From an uncultured bacterium (GTDB lineage Bacteria > Pseudomonadota > Alphaproteobacteria > MED-G09): 64,000 bases of DNA. This document shows, piece by piece, positions 54,106 through 62,936 of this stretch. The DNA lies in assembly GCA_964001285.1 (NCBI GenBank), contig CAXFAF010000006.1, positions 8,205 through 72,204 of the forward strand, given 5' to 3'. The translations under genes were made by a program, and so were the position numbers. The notes under the pieces are model-generated. The model saw nothing but the letters and a program-made list of their open reading frames with translations. It was not told the origin of the DNA and ran no database searches. Each line of letters starts with the position of its first letter. Within the stretch, counting starts at the first letter, position 1.

Positions 54106-55824
54106 TTGGAGCATCCACAAGAAAATAATTTAGAAGGTGAAGAATCTTCACAAACCATTGATGATGAAAATCAAGATAGTTTTTTAGAAAGAAGTGACAA
54201 TAAGAGCGCTCTGAAAAATTATAGAGTATTAGCAAGAAAATATCGGCCTCAAAGCTTCTCTGATTTATTGGGTCAAGAAACCATGGTGCAAATATTAAGG
54301 AATGCATTTACCTCTGGTAGATTAGCGCATGCTTATATGCTTACTGGTGTTCGTGGAATTGGGAAAACCACTACTGCAAGACTCCTTGCTCGTGCTTTAA
54401 ATTACAGTTCTGAAGATATTGATGAACCAACTCTAGATATTTCTACTTATGGACACCATTGTGAAGATATAATGGAGTCACGGCATATTGATGTTTTAGA
54501 AATGGATGCAGCATCTAGAACCGGTATTGCTGATATTAGAGAAATAATTGACTCAGTTAGTTATTCTACCTCATCGGCCAGGTTTAAGATTTATATTATT
54601 GATGAGGTTCATATGCTTTCAAAGTCTGCCTTTAATGGATTATTGAAGACTCTTGAAGAGCCTCCACCGCATGTAAAATTTATTTTTGCGACCACAGAGG
54701 TCCATAAGGTACCTCTTACTATATTATCTCGATGTCAAAAATTTGATCTAAGACAGCTAGATGAAGTAAACATGCTAAAATTATTAAAAAGTGTTTGTCA
54801 AAAAGAAAAAGCTGATATTTCTGATAATATTTTATCAGTTATAGGAAGGGCGGCTGCAGGTTCTGCAAGGGATGGTCTGTCAATATTAGATCAAGCTATT
54901 ACACTTGCTCAAAGCGAAAAGAATTTGGATGAAAATTCTATAAGGGATATGCTAGGGCTTTCAGATCATGCTCGAATAATTGAATTATTTAAATCAATTT
55001 CAATGGGCAACATCGAAAGTGCCTTAAAAGAAATTAAAGATCAGATAGAACTCGGAGCTGAACCTATAAACATTATCTCTAGTTTAGGGGATATTGTTCA
55101 TGAATTAACTTTACTAAAGGTATCAAAGGCGAAAAATGATAACCTATTTCTTGGACCTGAGAATTTTTCAAAGTTAACAGAATTATTAGAAGATCTGGAT
55201 GTAAGAAAATTATCAAGATTTTGGCAAATGATCTTAAAAGCAGATACAGAAATTAAAAATTCATTTAATGCTTTTTCAGCTCTTGAGATGGTTGTAATTA
55301 GAATGGCTTATGTTTCAGAATTGCCAACACCTGCTGAGATTATTGATTCAATAGAAGAAACAGAGGAAAATAAAAAAAAAAAATTAAAAAGTAAAATTAC
55401 ATCTAATCCAAAGAATATTGATAAAAATACAAAGAATAATAGCTTTGATAATATTGGGTCCTTTGAGGATATTATAGAGTTAGCGGGGAAGCATAAATTC
55501 TTGATTTTAAAAAAATTCTTACAGGAAGATGTTCGGCTAGTAAGTTTTGAAAATGGCCATATAGATATTAATGTTCCTGAAGGCAGTGAAGAAATTATAA
55601 AAGAATTAATAGTTAAACTCTATGATTGGACAGATCAAAGGTGGATAATTAATGTTTCTTCAAAAAAAGGCGAAGACACAATTTTAGAGAAACAAAATAA
55701 TATTCAAAATAATATTGTTGATGAAGTTAGTAATAAGGAAGAAATAAAAAAAGTTATGGAAGCTTTTCCAGATTCTAAAATTACATCAATTAGTAAGGTC
55801 GATAATAGAAATGAGTCAAAGTGA
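54106..55824 (+). CDS. dnaX: DNA polymerase III subunits gamma/tau
   Basis: YRPQSFSDLLGQE, Walker A GVRGIGKTTTARLLA, a clamp-loader zinc region, then C-terminal tau domains. Start assigned to the TTG at 54106 with AAGAGG upstream; the start is uncertain. Confidence 0.9.
   Translation: MEHPQENNLEGEESSQTIDDENQDSFLERSDNKSALKNYRVLARKYRPQSFSDLLGQETMVQILRNAFTSGRLAHAYMLTGVRGIGKTTTARLLARALNYSSEDIDEPTLDISTYGHHCEDIMESRHIDVLEMDAASRTGIADIREIIDSVSYSTSSARFKIYIIDEVHMLSKSAFNGLLKTLEEPPPHVKFIFATTEVHKVPLTILSRCQKFDLRQLDEVNMLKLLKSVCQKEKADISDNILSVIGRAAAGSARDGLSILDQAITLAQSEKNLDENSIRDMLGLSDHARIIELFKSISMGNIESALKEIKDQIELGAEPINIISSLGDIVHELTLLKVSKAKNDNLFLGPENFSKLTELLEDLDVRKLSRFWQMILKADTEIKNSFNAFSALEMVVIRMAYVSELPTPAEIIDSIEETEENKKKKLKSKITSNPKNIDKNTKNNSFDNIGSFEDIIELAGKHKFLILKKFLQEDVRLVSFENGHIDINVPEGSEEIIKELIVKLYDWTDQRWIINVSSKKGEDTILEKQNNIQNNIVDEVSNKEEIKKVMEAFPDSKITSISKVDNRNESK
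55367..55394 (+). other. Homopolymeric A12 slippery tract inside dnaX with stops in both alternative frames (candidate gamma-producing slippage site)
   Basis: aaaa-t-AAAAAAAAAAAA-ttaaaaagtaa. The 0 frame reads NKKKKLKSK. The -1 frame gives IKK then TAA at 55392, and the +1 frame gives N then TAA at 55385. It sits about aa 422 of 572, after clamp-loader domain III. Confidence 0.5.
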
Positions 55825-56404
55825 AATAGATAATTTAATTGAATTATTGGCTAGGATGCCAGGTATTGGGCCTCGTTCTGCAAGAAGACTAGCTTTGAGT
55901 ATGTTAAAAAAGCCAGACTCTTTAATGCGACCTTTAGCTAAATCTCTCATTGATACGGCCAATTCAATTATTCAATGCTCAATATGCGGCAACCTTGATA
56001 CAGTGACTCCTTGTAATATTTGTGAAGATAAAAAAAGAGATACTTCTATTATAGTGGTTATCGAAGAAGTTGCGGATTTATGGGCTTTGGAAAGAGCATC
56101 TGTTCATAAAGGCCTTTATCATGTATTGGGAGGCACTTTATCAGCAATTGATGGGATAAGTCCTGAAAATATAGGTATTGCTAGTTTGGTAGAAAGAGCG
56201 AAAAAGTCAGATACTAAGGAGGTAATTCTTGCAATGAATGCCACTATAGATGGACAAACAACTGCGTATTATATTACCGACCAATTATCCGATATAGAAA
56301 TAAAGGTATCACGCCTTGCTAGAGGTGTTCCTGTTGGGGGCGAACTCGATTATATGGATGATGGCACTCTTTTGGAGGCTATAGAATCTAGACAACCATT
56401 CTAG
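55811..56404 (+). CDS. recR: Recombination protein RecR
   Basis: Helix-hairpin-helix N-terminus, C4 zinc finger CSICGNLDTVTPCNIC and a Toprim domain. Overlaps the dnaX 3' end by 14 nt. Confidence 0.93.
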   Translation: MSQSEIDNLIELLARMPGIGPRSARRLALSMLKKPDSLMRPLAKSLIDTANSIIQCSICGNLDTVTPCNICEDKKRDTSIIVVIEEVADLWALERASVHKGLYHVLGGTLSAIDGISPENIGIASLVERAKKSDTKEVILAMNATIDGQTTAYYITDQLSDIEIKVSRLARGVPVGGELDYMDDGTLLEAIESRQPF

Positions 56405-56450
56405 TAAATATTCTTATTGCGATCTTTTTTAAGGCAGTTTATCAAATACT

Positions 56451-57011
56451 ATGGCTATAAAAGAAATAATAAAAGTTCCTAATCCGATTTTAAAAAAGGT
56501 TTCTCAACCTGTAGAAGAGGTAAATGATGAAATCAGGTCAATTTTGGATGACATGTTGGAAACTATGTATGATGCACCGGGAATTGGTCTGGCAGCGATT
56601 CAGATTGGAATTCCACTCAGAATGCTTGTAATAGATATTTCAACCATGGATAAAGAAATTGAAAGTGAAAAAGATCCACAATTTTTTATTAATCCAGAAA
56701 TTTTGAAGCCTTCTGAAAAATTAGGTTCTTTTGAAGAAGGATGTTTGTCTGTTCCAGGTATATGGGAAGAGATAGAAAGGCCAGATCAATGTATTGTTAA
56801 ATTCCTTAATAGAGATGGTAAAAAAGAAGAAAAAAAGTGTAAGGGATTATTGGCTACAGTTATTCAACATGAGATGGACCACCTTGAAGGAATAGTTTTT
56901 GTGGACCACCTTTCCAGATTAAAAAGAGATTTATCAATAAAGAAATCAATAAAATTTCAAAAAAATCCTACTAAAGAAGATCGCTTATCTCGTTACAATG
57001 AACAAAAATGA
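56451..57011 (+). CDS. def: Peptide deformylase
   Basis: Motifs GIGLAAIQIG, EGCLSVPG and QHEMDHLEG. Confidence 0.95.
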   Translation: MAIKEIIKVPNPILKKVSQPVEEVNDEIRSILDDMLETMYDAPGIGLAAIQIGIPLRMLVIDISTMDKEIESEKDPQFFINPEILKPSEKLGSFEEGCLSVPGIWEEIERPDQCIVKFLNRDGKKEEKKCKGLLATVIQHEMDHLEGIVFVDHLSRLKRDLSIKKSIKFQKNPTKEDRLSRYNEQK

Positions 57012-57939
57012 TTCAGTAAATTCAATAAAAATTGCCTTTATGGGAACACCTGATTTTTCTGTACCTATATTGAAAAGTCTTATAAACGATAATTTTAATA
57101 TTTCTTGTGTTTTTACCCAATCTGGAAAGCCTGCGGGTAGAGGCATGAAAAGAAAAAATTCTCCAATTTATAATTTTTCTCTAGAAAATAATTTAACAAT
57201 AAGAACTCCTTTAAAGTTGGATGAAGAAGAAGTTAAGTATCTTTCTGCATTGGAGTTAGATGTTATGATTGTTGTAGCATATGGATTAATTTTACCTGAA
57301 TCTGTTTTGGAATTGCCCAAATTTGGATGTATTAATATACATGCCTCATTGTTACCCCAATGGCGAGGCGCAGCCCCAATTCAAAGAGCAATAATGGCAG
57401 GTGACAAAAGAACAGGCGTATCATATATGCTTATGGAAAAGGGGTTAGATACTGGTCCAGTGTTAGCTTCCCTAGAAACAGACATAGGAGAAAATGATAG
57501 TTACCTGGATCTACATAATAATTTATCAAAAATAGCGGCAAAATCTATCAAGGATATAATCTTAAATCATGTAAATGGAGGACTCATTGCTCAGAAGCAA
57601 GACAATTCTTTGGCAAGTTATGCAGAAAAGATTACTAAGAATGATTCAAGAATTAATTGGGAGTTAAATGCTTTTGATATCAAAAACTTAGTTAATGCAA
57701 TGAGACCATCACCTGGGGCATGGACAAAAACAATTGAAGGTAAGAGATTGAAAATTATAAGCGCTAGTGTTGAAAATTTAAATGGAGAAGCCGGAGTTTT
57801 ATTGGATAATTTAATTATTGGTTGTGGTGAGAAATCTTTAAAGGTTAATGAAGTTCAGCCTGAAGGAAAAAAAGTTATGTCTTCAAAAGATTATTTACTT
57901 GGTAAGAATTTTTTAATTGGCGAAAGAATTTTTGAATAA
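56998..57939 (+). CDS. fmt: Methionyl-tRNA formyltransferase
   Basis: Formyltransferase N-domain (IAFMGTPDFSVPIL, HASLLPQWRGAAPI) and a C-terminal Fmt domain. Overlaps def. Confidence 0.93.
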   Translation: MNKNDSVNSIKIAFMGTPDFSVPILKSLINDNFNISCVFTQSGKPAGRGMKRKNSPIYNFSLENNLTIRTPLKLDEEEVKYLSALELDVMIVVAYGLILPESVLELPKFGCINIHASLLPQWRGAAPIQRAIMAGDKRTGVSYMLMEKGLDTGPVLASLETDIGENDSYLDLHNNLSKIAAKSIKDIILNHVNGGLIAQKQDNSLASYAEKITKNDSRINWELNAFDIKNLVNAMRPSPGAWTKTIEGKRLKIISASVENLNGEAGVLLDNLIIGCGEKSLKVNEVQPEGKKVMSSKDYLLGKNFLIGERIFE

Positions 57940-58676
57940 TGCAAAGGTGGAAATTAACTATTGAATATAAGGGCTGCATTTTTAATGGATGGCAAAGTCA
58001 AAAAGACTTAACTGGAGTTCAAGATTATATTCAAAAAGCAATTTATGATTTTTCAAAAGAAAAAATAAAGATTTATGGTGCTGGAAGAACTGATTCTGGT
58101 GTGCATGCTTTAGGACAAGTTGCTCATTTTGATCTAAAGAAGAAAACTAATTCAAATGAGATAAGAGAAGCTTTAAATAATTATTTAAGGTCAAACCCTA
58201 TTGCCATTATAAAGGTTGAAAAAGAAAGTAAGGATTTCCATGCTCGTTTTTCTGCAAAATTAAGACATTATGAGTATAGAATTATAAATCGAAGACAGCC
58301 ATTAACTCTAGATAAGGACCTATTTTGGAGAATTGGAAGACCTTTAGATGTTAGTCGAATGAAACAAGCTACTAAGTATCTTGTTGGCACTCATGATTTT
58401 ACAACATTTAGATCAGTTAATTGCCAATCTAAATCACCTGTAAAATCTTTAGATAAAATAAAAATTTCAAATAAGGATGACAGAATTTATTTTTCATTTG
58501 AGGCTAAGTCCTTTCTTCACAACCAGGTTCGCTCAATTGTAGGATCTTTTAAATTAGTGGGAGAAGGAAAATGGAAAGCCAAAAAGATAAAGGAAATACT
58601 TGATACAAGGAATAGAAAGGAATGCGGTCCAATTGCTCCACCAGAAGGATTATATTTCAAAGCTGTTGATTATTAA
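57939..58676 (+). CDS. truA: tRNA pseudouridine(38-40) synthase
   Basis: Catalytic Asp region GAGRTDSGVHA. Start shares a base with the fmt stop (TAATG). Confidence 0.92.
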   Translation: MQRWKLTIEYKGCIFNGWQSQKDLTGVQDYIQKAIYDFSKEKIKIYGAGRTDSGVHALGQVAHFDLKKKTNSNEIREALNNYLRSNPIAIIKVEKESKDFHARFSAKLRHYEYRIINRRQPLTLDKDLFWRIGRPLDVSRMKQATKYLVGTHDFTTFRSVNCQSKSPVKSLDKIKISNKDDRIYFSFEAKSFLHNQVRSIVGSFKLVGEGKWKAKKIKEILDTRNRKECGPIAPPEGLYFKAVDY

Positions 58677-59818
58677 GAAAAATAATCATTCAAAACATCA
58701 AGATAAATATCTTTTAATTTTTCTATATCTGCATTATTTGAATATTCATTAATTTTATGCATTGAAGCACCAACCAGACCAAATTCAACCACTCTTCCGT
58801 AATTTTTTATAAATCTAGCATCAGAGGTACCGCCTGTTGTTGAGAGAGTGGGAGTTATTTTGCAATGCTTTTCTATAATTTTTGAAAGATTGTTAACAAA
58901 TTCGCCAGGTTCAGTAATAAATGAATCACCAGAGTGTTCGAAATTAATTGAATATTCATAATCATGTTTTTTTAGTCGACTCTCAATTTCGCTTTCAATT
59001 TTTTCCTTAGTAAAATTATCATTATATCGGATATTTAATTTCGCTGTGATTTCCGGAGGAATAACATTTGAAGCAGAATTACCGGCATCTATCGATGTGA
59101 TTTCTAGATTTGAAGCATCAAAATATTCATTACCTTCATCCAAAGGTTCTTTGATTAGTTCATTTAAGATTAAAATTAATTTTGGAATAGGGTTATCAGC
59201 TAATTGTGGGTAAGCGACATGTCCTTCATTTCCTTTAAGTGTAAGTGTAATATTTGTACTACCCCTCCGACCAATTTTAATCATTTCTCCAAGTTTATTT
59301 GGATTTGTTGGCTCACCAACGATACAATCATCAAAGGTATGGTTATTTTTTTCCATCCATTCTAATAACTTTTGAGTGCCATTAACTGCTTTTCCTTCCT
59401 CATCACCAGTAATTATTAAAGATATTGACCCATTAAATTGTTTTCCATTTTTATCTAAAAAAATACTGATAGCTGAAATAAAGGATCCTATTGATCCTTT
59501 CATGTCTACAGCACCCCTACCGACTATTTTATTTCCATCATTTATTCCATCAAAAGGTGGGCTTTCCCATAAGGTTTCATCACCTTCAGGAACAACATCC
59601 GTATGACCAGCAAAAGATAATGTCGGGGATTTGTCACCTATTTTTGCCCATAGGTTTTTGATCGAATCGGAATCATTTTCAGAAAATTCTACAATCTCAC
59701 AATTAAATCCGATTTTCTGAAGTTTTTCTGACAGTAATTCAATCGCCCCATCATTTTGAGGAGTTACAGAACGACATTTAATAAGCTCTGTTGTTAATTC
59801 TAAAGGATCATAGATCAT
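58673..59818 (-). CDS. dapE: Succinyl-diaminopimelate desuccinylase (M20)
   Basis: GHTDVVP metal site and M20 dimerisation domain. 381 aa, adjacent to dapD. Confidence 0.88.
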   Translation of the reverse strand: MIYDPLELTTELIKCRSVTPQNDGAIELLSEKLQKIGFNCEIVEFSENDSDSIKNLWAKIGDKSPTLSFAGHTDVVPEGDETLWESPPFDGINDGNKIVGRGAVDMKGSIGSFISAISIFLDKNGKQFNGSISLIITGDEEGKAVNGTQKLLEWMEKNNHTFDDCIVGEPTNPNKLGEMIKIGRRGSTNITLTLKGNEGHVAYPQLADNPIPKLILILNELIKEPLDEGNEYFDASNLEITSIDAGNSASNVIPPEITAKLNIRYNDNFTKEKIESEIESRLKKHDYEYSINFEHSGDSFITEPGEFVNNLSKIIEKHCKITPTLSTTGGTSDARFIKNYGRVVEFGLVGASMHKINEYSNNADIEKLKDIYLDVLNDYFS

Positions 59819-59819
59819 A

Positions 59820-60647
59820 CTAATCCCTTAATAATTCATTTATTGATGTTTTTGATCGCGTTTTTTCATCAACTGTTTTTACTATTACCGCGCAAGATAA
59901 ATTTGCATCTGAAGAAACATTTTTCGATGGCATGCTACCTGGAACCACTACAGAATATTCAGGGACTTCGCCATAAAGAGTTTTTCCAGTTTCTCTATTA
60001 TAAATTGGCGTTGATGCAGTTAGAAAAATTCCCATAGATATAACAGAGCCCTGACGAACAATTACCCCTTCTGCTACTTCAGATCTTGCGCCAATGAAAC
60101 AATTATCTTCAATTATAACTGGGCTTGCTTGTAATGGTTCAAGAACTCCACCTATTCCTGCACCACCAGAAATATGACAATTTTTACCTATTTGTGCGCA
60201 AGAACCAATAGTAGCCCAGGTGTCTACCATTGTTGATTGATCTACATAAGCACCGATATTAATAAAACTGGGCATTAAAACACAACCTTTACCTACAAAA
60301 GAACCATATCTAACAATTGAGCCTGGTACAGCTCTAAATCCAGCATTTTTGAAATTATCTTCACCCCATGAGTTGAATTTTGAGTCTATTTTATCCCACC
60401 ACTTGGAATTATTTGGACCACCGTCAATTAATTTCATGTCATTAATACGAAAATATAAAAGAATAGCCTTTTTTGCGAACTCATTTACGGCCCAATTACC
60501 TTTTTCTGAATTAGCTATTCTTAATGAACCATTATCAAGATTTTCTATAATATTGTTTATTGCATTTATAATATCTAAATTAGAATCTGGATTAATATTC
60601 TCAATATTAGCAAAAGCATCTTCAATTATTTTAATTTCATTACCCAT
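59820..60647 (-). CDS. dapD: 2,3,4,5-tetrahydropyridine-2,6-dicarboxylate N-succinyltransferase
   Basis: Left-handed beta-helix hexapeptide repeats in the C-terminal half. 275 aa, typical DapD size, in a dapD-dapE pair. Confidence 0.88.
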   Translation of the reverse strand: MGNEIKIIEDAFANIENINPDSNLDIINAINNIIENLDNGSLRIANSEKGNWAVNEFAKKAILLYFRINDMKLIDGGPNNSKWWDKIDSKFNSWGEDNFKNAGFRAVPGSIVRYGSFVGKGCVLMPSFINIGAYVDQSTMVDTWATIGSCAQIGKNCHISGGAGIGGVLEPLQASPVIIEDNCFIGARSEVAEGVIVRQGSVISMGIFLTASTPIYNRETGKTLYGEVPEYSVVVPGSMPSKNVSSDANLSCAVIVKTVDEKTRSKTSINELLRD

Positions 60648-60665
60648 TTAGCTTCCTTATATCTA

Positions 60666-61361
60666 TTAAGGAGTTTCTTTATAATATTTATTGAAGAACA
60701 TTACTAGGTCATCAGTTACATAATCTGCATAATCATTATTTTTCCATAATAATTCAAATTCTTTGATATCAAATTTATCATTTCTTAAAGGCAGGTCCCT
60801 TTGGATTAAGACTGATATTATTCCAAGTTCTTTTGCGGGCTGAAGATTCCTGGCTATATCCTCAAACATTATAGATTTATTAACATCAATTCCCATTTTA
60901 TTAATAAAAGTTGTATAGGCTTCCATATTCGGTTTAGGTATAAAATTGCTATCTTTAATGTCATAAATATCGTCAAAGATTGCATTCATTTCTAGTTTCC
61001 TTAAAACATTCTGGGCATGTTTTTTTGAACCATTTGTGAAGATAAATTTTTTTCCAGGTAGATTGGAAATAATTTTATTTAATTTTTTATCAGGTTTTAA
61101 AATATCTAAATCTATATCATGCACAAATTCTAAAAATTCATCACTATCTATATTATTTTTTTTCATAAGGCCCGATAGGGTGGTTCCATATTCTAAAAAA
61201 TATTTTTTTTGAATATTAAAAGCTTCTTCATTGTTGATTTTAAATTTATCAGTAATAAATTTTGTCATTCTTTCATCAATTTGACTGAAGATTTCTTCTT
61301 CTGGGGAATAAAGAGTATTATCGAGATCGAATATCCAATTCTTTATATTTGATAATTCCAT
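60666..61361 (-). CDS. HAD-superfamily hydrolase (pyrimidine 5'-nucleotidase-like)
   Basis: Motif I IFDLDNTLY (DxDxT) and downstream HAD motifs. 231 aa. Confidence 0.8.
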   Translation of the reverse strand: MELSNIKNWIFDLDNTLYSPEEEIFSQIDERMTKFITDKFKINNEEAFNIQKKYFLEYGTTLSGLMKKNNIDSDEFLEFVHDIDLDILKPDKKLNKIISNLPGKKFIFTNGSKKHAQNVLRKLEMNAIFDDIYDIKDSNFIPKPNMEAYTTFINKMGIDVNKSIMFEDIARNLQPAKELGIISVLIQRDLPLRNDKFDIKEFELLWKNNDYADYVTDDLVMFFNKYYKETP

Positions 61362-61374
61362 TGTAAAGAAATAA

Positions 61375-62271
61375 CTATCTAATTAATGTTCCAGCCCCAT
61401 GTTGAGTAAATAATTCTAACAAAATTGCATGCTTTACTCTTCCATCGACAATAACAGATGCACTCACACCTTTTTCTAAAGCATTTATACAAGTGTTTAC
61501 TTTTGGGATCATTCCGCCTGAAATTATACCTTTTTCTATCATGGCTAACGCCTCTTCCTTACTAATTTCCTCTATGATGTCATCATCATCATCTAGGACC
61601 CCTTGAACATCGGTAAGAATAAGTAATCTTTTAGCATTTAATGAAAAAGCTATAGCTCCTGCAACAGTATCGGCATTAATATTGAAGGTTTTTCCATCTT
61701 CACTTATTCCTAATGGCGCAATGACAGGAATAAAATCATTATTGATTGATATTTCTATAATTTCTGTATTAATTTTTTTTGGTATACCAACAAAACCTAG
61801 ATCTACAATTTTTTCAATATTTGATTCATCTTTAATCTTACCATCATGTTTTTTTGCTATTATCATCGAAGCATCTTTTCCAGATATTCCTATGGCTTTA
61901 CACCCTGATTGATTTATTTCTGATGCGATTTCTTTATTTATTCCTCCACAAAGCACCATCTCAACAACATCAAGAGTTTTTTCATCAGTTATTCGCATTC
62001 CAGATTCAAATTTTGTTTCTATACCCAATTGTTCTAGCATATTACCTATTTGAGGACCTCCGCCGTGAACAATAACTGGCTTTAAACCACTTTGCTTAAG
62101 CAGGGCAACATCTTCACAAAATGACTTTATAGATTTTGAATCTTTCATTGCGTTGCCGCCATACTTTATTACAACTATCGAGTCAGCGTATTTTTGCATA
62201 TAGGGTAAAGCCTGGGTAAGCATATCCGCATTATTTAACCAATTTTTTGCTTCTGATTCACTTTTTGTCAT
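61375..62271 (-). CDS. argB: Acetylglutamate kinase
   Basis: VIKYGGNAM and GGGPQIG amino-acid kinase motifs. 298 aa. Confidence 0.93.
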   Translation of the reverse strand: MTKSESEAKNWLNNADMLTQALPYMQKYADSIVVIKYGGNAMKDSKSIKSFCEDVALLKQSGLKPVIVHGGGPQIGNMLEQLGIETKFESGMRITDEKTLDVVEMVLCGGINKEIASEINQSGCKAIGISGKDASMIIAKKHDGKIKDESNIEKIVDLGFVGIPKKINTEIIEISINNDFIPVIAPLGISEDGKTFNINADTVAGAIAFSLNAKRLLILTDVQGVLDDDDDIIEEISKEEALAMIEKGIISGGMIPKVNTCINALEKGVSASVIVDGRVKHAILLELFTQHGAGTLIR

Positions 62272-62283
62272 TATTCAATCTTC

Positions 62284-62928
62284 TTAATTTAATAAATTTG
62301 CAATTTCTTCTCTGATCTCATCAACTCCAGATTTATTCTTCGATGATGTGATCAATATTTTAGGAAAGATTGCTTTTCTTTTTTCTACTTCTTTTAATAC
62401 TAATTTTGCATGATTTTCAACTTCTAAGATTTTATCAGCTTTTGTTAAAACTATTTGGTATGAGACAGCAAAATTATCTAATACATCCATTACTTCGTTA
62501 TCAATAGGCATAATTTTACGCCTGGAATCTATTAATAAAAAAACTCTTCTTAAATTATTTCTGCTTTTAAGGTAAAGATCAGAAAGATTTGTCCATTTAT
62601 CTATTTCTTTTTTTGAAGCTTTTGCGTATCCGTAGCCAGGCATGTCAACAATATTAATAAGTGATTTAGAATTATTAGATATTGAAAAAAAATTTAACTC
62701 TCTGGTTCTACCTGGATTCTTTGATGTATAAGCTAATTTATTTTTATTGGTAATAGAATTGAGTAAACTTGATTTACCCACATTTGATCTACCAAAAAAG
62801 GCAACTTCTGGTAATGATTCCTCCGGAAGGTTTTCTAATTGAGTTACCCCGAGGGTAAAAATAATATTTTGATTAAATAGCCATTTACCAGGAGATTTAA
62901 TATTTCCAGTTTTTTTTTCCATAACCAT
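62284..62928 (-). CDS. engB: Ribosome biogenesis GTP-binding protein EngB/YsxC (YihA)
   Basis: G1 motif GRSNVGKSSLLN and a DMPGYG switch. Conserved yidC-engB-argB neighbourhood. Confidence 0.92.
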   Translation of the reverse strand: MVMEKKTGNIKSPGKWLFNQNIIFTLGVTQLENLPEESLPEVAFFGRSNVGKSSLLNSITNKNKLAYTSKNPGRTRELNFFSISNNSKSLINIVDMPGYGYAKASKKEIDKWTNLSDLYLKSRNNLRRVFLLIDSRRKIMPIDNEVMDVLDNFAVSYQIVLTKADKILEVENHAKLVLKEVEKRKAIFPKILITSSKNKSGVDEIREEIANLLN

Positions 62929-62936
62929 ATTACTAA

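Noticed and set aside
54106-54150. Alternative ATG start for dnaX further downstream
   Set aside because: The conserved N-terminal YRPQSFSDLLGQE box starts about aa 45, so the start must lie upstream. The TTG at 54106 with AAGAGG was kept, with low certainty on the exact start.
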